A stretch of 63,862 nucleotides of DNA, counting the filler, from Folioceros fuciformis (taxonomy: Eukaryota), in NCBI GenBank assembly GCA_049999805.1. It is 8 parts of 8 records of this genome, joined end to end, with 100 filler letters (N's around TTAATTAATTAA, not from the genome) between each part and the next. Parts side by side here need not be neighbours in the genome. Positions count along the whole stretch, not along the records: positions 57,635 to 62,275 come from JBNGIO010003252.1; positions 62,376 to 63,862 come from JBNGIO010003264.1; 6 more parts are not named here. One strand, written 5' to 3'. The position numbers were made by a program, and so were the translations under genes. Below the pieces are notes generated by a model. The model worked only from the letters and a program-made list of their open reading frames with translations, made no database searches and was not told the DNA's origin. How positions within the stretch are numbered: position 1 is the stretch's first letter; each line of letters opens with the position of its first letter. Below, piece after piece: positions 58,867-63,862 of the stretch.

Positions 58867-60324
58867 TCACTTGACGAGGCCCAGGTTTATGATGCCCCAA
58901 GAATGGGAAGGCCACTGCTTCTCTCTGGCATTCTGCAGCAACACGCGGGCCCAGGCAATCCAGCCTTCCCAGGTCATCTTCTTGTCCCAGTTGGTGCCCC
59001 ATTCCAGGAGCAGCTGCAGCCCCTGCTTTGCCTCCCTTTCTGCATCTTCATGCCTGCCTGTGGATAGGTGTATTTGAGCCAGCACCAGGCGTGGCTCGGC
59101 TACCCACGGGTTGGATAGGGTGGCCTCCTTCAGCAAGGGTTCTGCCAGCTCCAGCACATTCTTCTCGGCTGGGAAGGAAATGGCCTTGTGGTACAGGTCC
59201 CTGGCACGAATTTGGTCAGATGGCGGGAGGATGACGGAGCACGTGTTGAACACCGGAGGTAGTACCAATCGGATGTCGTCAACCAAGCTTCTTGCTGTCG
59301 CTGTTCCCCTAGGCGTGCCAACGGGATTTAGAGCAGCTTCCAGCTTTTCCTCTCGGACCAGTATGTTGAGCAGGACGCCCATTCGAGATACAGAGCTCAA
59401 CCAGAGCCCGGGCTTGCCATCTCCAGGCCACAGGGCTGTCCACTCGTTTCCCTTAAATTCCAACTTCCCGTCCTCATTCCCAAAGAGCTCGTCCTGCCAG
59501 CCGTAGAACTGGTCTATAAAATCTGCCATGGTGAGAGTGAGGAAGATGGCAATCAGGTGCCTGCTGACGTGCAAATCCTCGCCCGTGCGAATATGCTTCA
59601 CCGCAATGCCCTCCGATGGCAAGAAAGGTGTTCTGGTTCCTCCAGCAAGTTCAGTGGCAACCGTGTTCGCCTGCTCGAACTTCGCACTTATGTCACCGTT
59701 TTCTTGGCTATTACTGGCCGTCTTCACCTTGACGTTGCCCTCCTCGTCGAAGTAGGGCTCTGTGTCCTTCAAGGCATCTCGCAGCTGCTCATCGGTGTAG
59801 TTGAACAGGAGGCAGTTGAAGATGAGCTCCTGGCGGGGCACAATACAGAACAAATGAATCAGCTCCTCCGCAACGTCACCCACCAAGTCGCGGACTCTAT
59901 CCCTCTCCACGTTGGACTTGAAGATGGCCAGATTCACGTAGGAATTGGAGTAGGCAGAGTGGAAGAGGCCGCATCGTGCCACAGCATCCGGCACGTTCCA
60001 AAGCTTGAGAATTTGGTAGACATGCAGTAGGTGCTCGAAGAAAGTGCCGTGCTTGTGCCAGCACTCCGAAGCCCCCACGAATTGCAGCACAGAGAGCAGG
60101 TGTGGCAGGGCTGGATCAATTTCGGAGTGGGATGACCGAATGAAGAGGCGTGCTAAATCCAGCCTCCAGTTGCCGGTGCTGCCTTTGGTGTCACACATGG
60201 TGGAATCCGAGCACCTCCCGCCCTCCTTGGCTCGGGCTACGTGGGCATCTGCAGAGCCAGTACACGGCGTCAGACCAAGGTTCACAGCAAGCCAGCTTCC
60301 TCCCGACCTTGTGAAAGGGCGCAT
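58867..60324 (-). CDS. Conserved plant DUF6817-domain protein with C-terminal TPR-like region
   Basis: Uninterrupted ORF. GASECWHKHGTFFEHL, CGLFHSAYSNSYVNLAIF, TMADF.DQ..GWQD.LF, LWPGDGKPGLW, LEWGT.WDK.M.WEGWIAW, WGIINLGLVK. The start is uncertain (first in-frame ATG at 60324). Confidence 0.88.
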   Translation of the reverse strand: MRPFTRSGGSWLAVNLGLTPCTGSADAHVARAKEGGRCSDSTMCDTKGSTGNWRLDLARLFIRSSHSEIDPALPHLLSVLQFVGASECWHKHGTFFEHLLHVYQILKLWNVPDAVARCGLFHSAYSNSYVNLAIFKSNVERDRVRDLVGDVAEELIHLFCIVPRQELIFNCLLFNYTDEQLRDALKDTEPYFDEEGNVKVKTASNSQENGDISAKFEQANTVATELAGGTRTPFLPSEGIAVKHIRTGEDLHVSRHLIAIFLTLTMADFIDQFYGWQDELFGNEDGKLEFKGNEWTALWPGDGKPGLWLSSVSRMGVLLNILVREEKLEAALNPVGTPRGTATARSLVDDIRLVLPPVFNTCSVILPPSDQIRARDLYHKAISFPAEKNVLELAEPLLKEATLSNPWVAEPRLVLAQIHLSTGRHEDAEREAKQGLQLLLEWGTNWDKKMTWEGWIAWARVLLQNAREKQWPSHSWGIINLGLVK

Positions 60325-60522
60325 GCGAGAATTTGGTGACTCACATTCAGAAGCAGCCTTGTCACTGTCAGTTGCCCAGCAAGCCAAAAAAGTACTCAAC
60401 CTATATTATATGTGTGTACACACGGGCTGGCCAGTTCAGCGGCCTCAAATCCCCAATCCCTCCTGGTGGCAGTATGTCCGCCAGACTCTTTGTTGCGAAG
60501 AGAGAAAAGCAGTCGCCGGCTG

Positions 60523-61900
60523 TCATGCTTGCCTCTTGATCTCCTTCAGAAGGTTTGCAACATTGCGCATGGATGGCCGCTTGGACGGCATGTCGTTAGT
60601 GCACATGTAGGCCATTTTCAAAACCAGTAGCATCTCATAACGCTCCAGATCCGATATGAGGACTTGCAGTCTGTTGTGGAAAGCCATCTCAATGGATAGG
60701 CGGCATGCCCTGCAGTATTTCAGCCATCCTACCAGAGTGGGGATGCCGTCAGGAAAGCCGCAGTCAGCAGACGTCCTCCCTGTGATCATGTCCATGAGCA
60801 CTACGCCAAAGCTGTACACCTCACCTTCTTCCGACATGGTTTCGGTGTACTTATAGTCTGTGAACAAGTTACGACACGGAGCCATGGGTAAGAAAGGAAA
60901 GACAAGGCTCAGCCTCCGCTCGCTATTTTCCAGTCATCATTCTCTGCAAGCAAATTTGGACAGAGGATTTTGGTCGGCTACATTTTCAATGCTTTAGTGA
61001 GGGACAGACAGACAGACAGACAGATAGACAGACCAGGAGCAGTGTGTCCGCGAGAACCGGAAAGGAAACTGGGAGCAGCTTGGGAATCTGAGCAGCCCTT
61101 AGGTGGCAGCTCTACCGATTCGAAGTCACTCACGTACGGGATCATGTGCGTGTCGAGAAGGAAATTTGTCGACTTGATAGATATCACCATGAAGAATCCG
61201 TGGTCCGTTATGAAGTTGGAAAACAGATTTAGCTCCTGGAGGTGAACCAGCTTACCGAGCTCCCCACGAATCGTCCCGCTGAGCTTGTTGCCGCCCAGCA
61301 ACAAATTGGTCAGATTCGCGGCAGCCCCCAAGCCTGGTCGGACTCGTCCTCTCAGAGCGTTGTCAGTGAGGATAATTACCTTCAACCCTGTGATCAAGCC
61401 CAGCTCTGCAGGTATCTTCTCATTCACAGCGTTGCCATCGAACAGAAGGGAGTGCAGCTGGGATTACATTCCTCCCCAGTCCTTCGGGATCTTCCCCCAC
61501 AGGAGATTCATACCCAAGTCCAGCAACTCCAGATTACTTAGCACCCCCAAAAAATTGGGTATTTCCCCGCTAAGCTCGTTCCCCCGCAGCACCAATGTTA
61601 CGAGTCCATTTAAATTTGCTCAGACTCTCAGGAGTGGTACCGGACAGGTTGTGGTGAGCCAGATCCAGATGCTCAAGACGACTGCAACTCCCCAGCCGTT
61701 CTGGAATCCTCCCTGTGAGATTATTCTGTGCCAGAGTTAAAACATTCCATTGATCCGGCTGCCCTATCTCCTCAGGAATCTCCCCCGAAAGCAAGTTCTA
61801 AGACAAGTCCAGTTTGTTAAGCAATGACAAGGCTGGCAGGTGTCTTGCGATTTCCCCCTCCAGCCTGTTGTGGGAAACATTTAAAGGCATAAGGTTGGGG
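60523..61900 (-). pseudogene. LRR receptor-like kinase pseudogene (internally deleted)
   Basis: Plant LRRs (L.L..N.LSG.IP..LG) with stops and frameshifts, fused to kinase VIb-XI remnants (IKSTNFLLD, VSDF, GSRGHTAP, VYSFGVVL, C....P.KRPSM). GT-AG intron 61033-60858 at the usual AP-E position. Confidence 0.88.
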
Positions 61901-62275
61901 ACACCTAGTTGTAAGCTTCATGTTACACGACAGTAGAATTCCTCCCATCGTCCGATTGGAGGAACCCTAAGTTACATCTAGATGTGAAGGGCAAGACGGG
62001 AGGTGATGGTGAGCATGGAGACAGCTGGTCTGCAAAAACAAACACATGGGGAGATGCGTTAAAGCATGGCGCGTGGCGCTCTCCAAGGATGCCACATCTC
62101 AGGTGACTGTCTTTGTGCTACTGGGCATAGATTGAGGTGTTGTGTACCTGACCTGTATGCGTGTATATGTTTGTCCAGCAGCGGGGGATATTAGGCGCCT
62201 AGGGCCTGCAGGAGCTCAGCAGACCCGACAGTGTTCTGAAGGGACCATTGTGGAGGAGGTGGATATGACGAGTGC

Positions 62276-62375
62276 NNNNNNNNNNNNNNNNNNNNNNNNN
62301 NNNNNNNNNNNNNNNNNNNTTAATTAATTAANNNNNNNNNNNNNNNNNNNNNNNNNNNNNNNNNNNNNNNNNNNN
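62276..62375. other. Artificial contig spacer
   Basis: 44 N + TTAATTAATTAA + 44 N. Confidence 0.99.
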
Positions 62376-63862
62376 CCATGTATCAACATGAGAATACAAA
62401 GAAGTTAACTGGAGTAAATAATACCTCTGAGGGAGGAGGTGCCTTGTTTACGAGAGGCCGGTTTCGGAAGGGTAGGAAACCTTGGCAGCAGAACAGGGAA
62501 AACCAGCAGTCTGGTTCAAGTAATCCAAATTTCAACAAACGAGGATTCAAGTGCTCATACTGCAAAAAGCCGGGGAACTTTTGGAAAGAATGTCGTAAGA
62601 AGAAATTTAACGATAAAAAACGTGGTATATCCACAAATAAATCCACTCAAAATCAATAGACGTCATCAGCAAGTTGCTTCATCGCTACATGCACCTTGTC
62701 AGCGGAGTTGGACGGTTTAGTTTGGTATCTCGATTCTAGAGCGTCGAATCACTTCTGCTTCGATATAATAGTAATTGGAGACCTTGAACCCTTTGATCCT
62801 CCGCGACAAGTAGCTTTGGGCGATGACCGTCTTTGTCCAATCCTAGGACAAGGCAAGGTTACGCTAAAGCTTATAACTGGGGCGACTATACAATTGTACC
62901 CAGTTATGTATGTACCTGCATTGACCAAAAACCTCATGTCTACACTCAGCTTAACGAAATTGAAGCTGTACAAAATTGTACTTGAGGATGATATTACCAC
63001 AGTGAGTTTGAAGACACAGCCAGGCTCACCGCTGATGTCAGGCACCCCAGATCATGGACTGATTATGTTGGATGCCCGATCAATCAGGGCCGATCGGAAT
63101 GCAATATGTGTGTCTCAACAAGACGAGTCTCTTACAGAACTCTGGCACAAACGACTGGGACATCCATCGGCCAGAAAGCTGCATGAACTCATCAACGGAA
63201 ACCTGGCAAGCGGTATTAAACGTTTTAAGGTCAGCATGAGAAATACTTGCGAACCTTGCATATTTGGTAAGCAAGAAAAATTACCTTATTATCGCAGCAG
63301 CTCAAGGGCGGATCAGCTCCTTGGGCTAGTCCACACAGATGTGTGTGGCCCCATGGAGAATGCATCTCTCGGAGGTAGCCGGTACTATGTCACATTTATT
63401 GATGACAGAAGTCACTTCACTTGCGTGTACTTCCTGAGCAAAAGGACAGAGGTGTTTGAAAAATTTCAGGAATTCCTAACGTATGCAGAAAGACAAACCA
63501 ACCAACAGCTTAAGGTGCTACGCTCAGACAACGGAGGAGAATATATCTCCAGTCAGCTCAATGAATTTTGTAGAGCACAAGGCATACACAGACATTTTTC
63601 AGTTGCATATAATCCTCAGCAAAACGGGGTAGCAGAGAAGCATAACAAAGACCTAAACAATGCAGCAAGGTTTATGTTGCAAGCGGCAGCACTGCCCAAA
63701 AGCTACTGGGCAGAAGGAATAGCAGTAGTTGTTCACTCACAGAACAGGCTGCCTTCTCGAAAAATACCTGGATATACCCCTTTTGAGCTGTGGACGGGCA
63801 CGAAACCGAACCTCGAGCATATGAGAGTCTTCGGTTGTGTTGCCTATGCGCACATTCCTGAA
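62376..63862 (+). mobile_element. copia internal region: gag zinc knuckle, protease, integrase; runs off the window end
   Basis: CSYCKKPGNFWKEC; TAG 62657-62659; WYLDSRASNHF; LWHKRLGH; LVHTDVCGP; RSDNGGEY; PQQNGVAE. Confidence 0.93.

Overview
Eukaryotic land-plant nuclear DNA, probably from a non-seed plant (inference from the transposon types present). It is not one locus: eight contigs are joined by identical artificial 100-bp spacers (44 N + TTAATTAATTAA + 44 N), so adjacency across spacers has no biological meaning. Most of the window is nested, decayed transposons: one structurally complete Ty1/copia (3805-8731, LTRs, PBS, PPT, AGGAG TSD), several partial copia elements, a LINE ORF1 remnant, a CRE-like endonuclease remnant and a MULE/SWIM transposon. 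There are also six pieces of an element family bounded by TGTGGAG...CTCCACA. Intact-looking host genes are a two-exon PLP-dependent (Mo-cofactor-sulfurase-like) gene (35062-39216) and a DUF6817/TPR gene (58867-60324); an LRR receptor kinase is pseudogenised. Two observations stand out. First, 40296-41829 is a reading frame with a coiled-coil region fused to a protease domain whose motifs resemble animal-type caspases rather than plant metacaspases; this copy is broken by two TAG stops and a MULE. Second, the TGTGGAG...CTCCACA family looks like a ~4.3-4.7 kb LTR (one copy has a 5-bp TSD) that carries its own TATA box and a ~870-codon ORF but no gag/pol. All family assignments come from motif recognition by eye; no database search was run.
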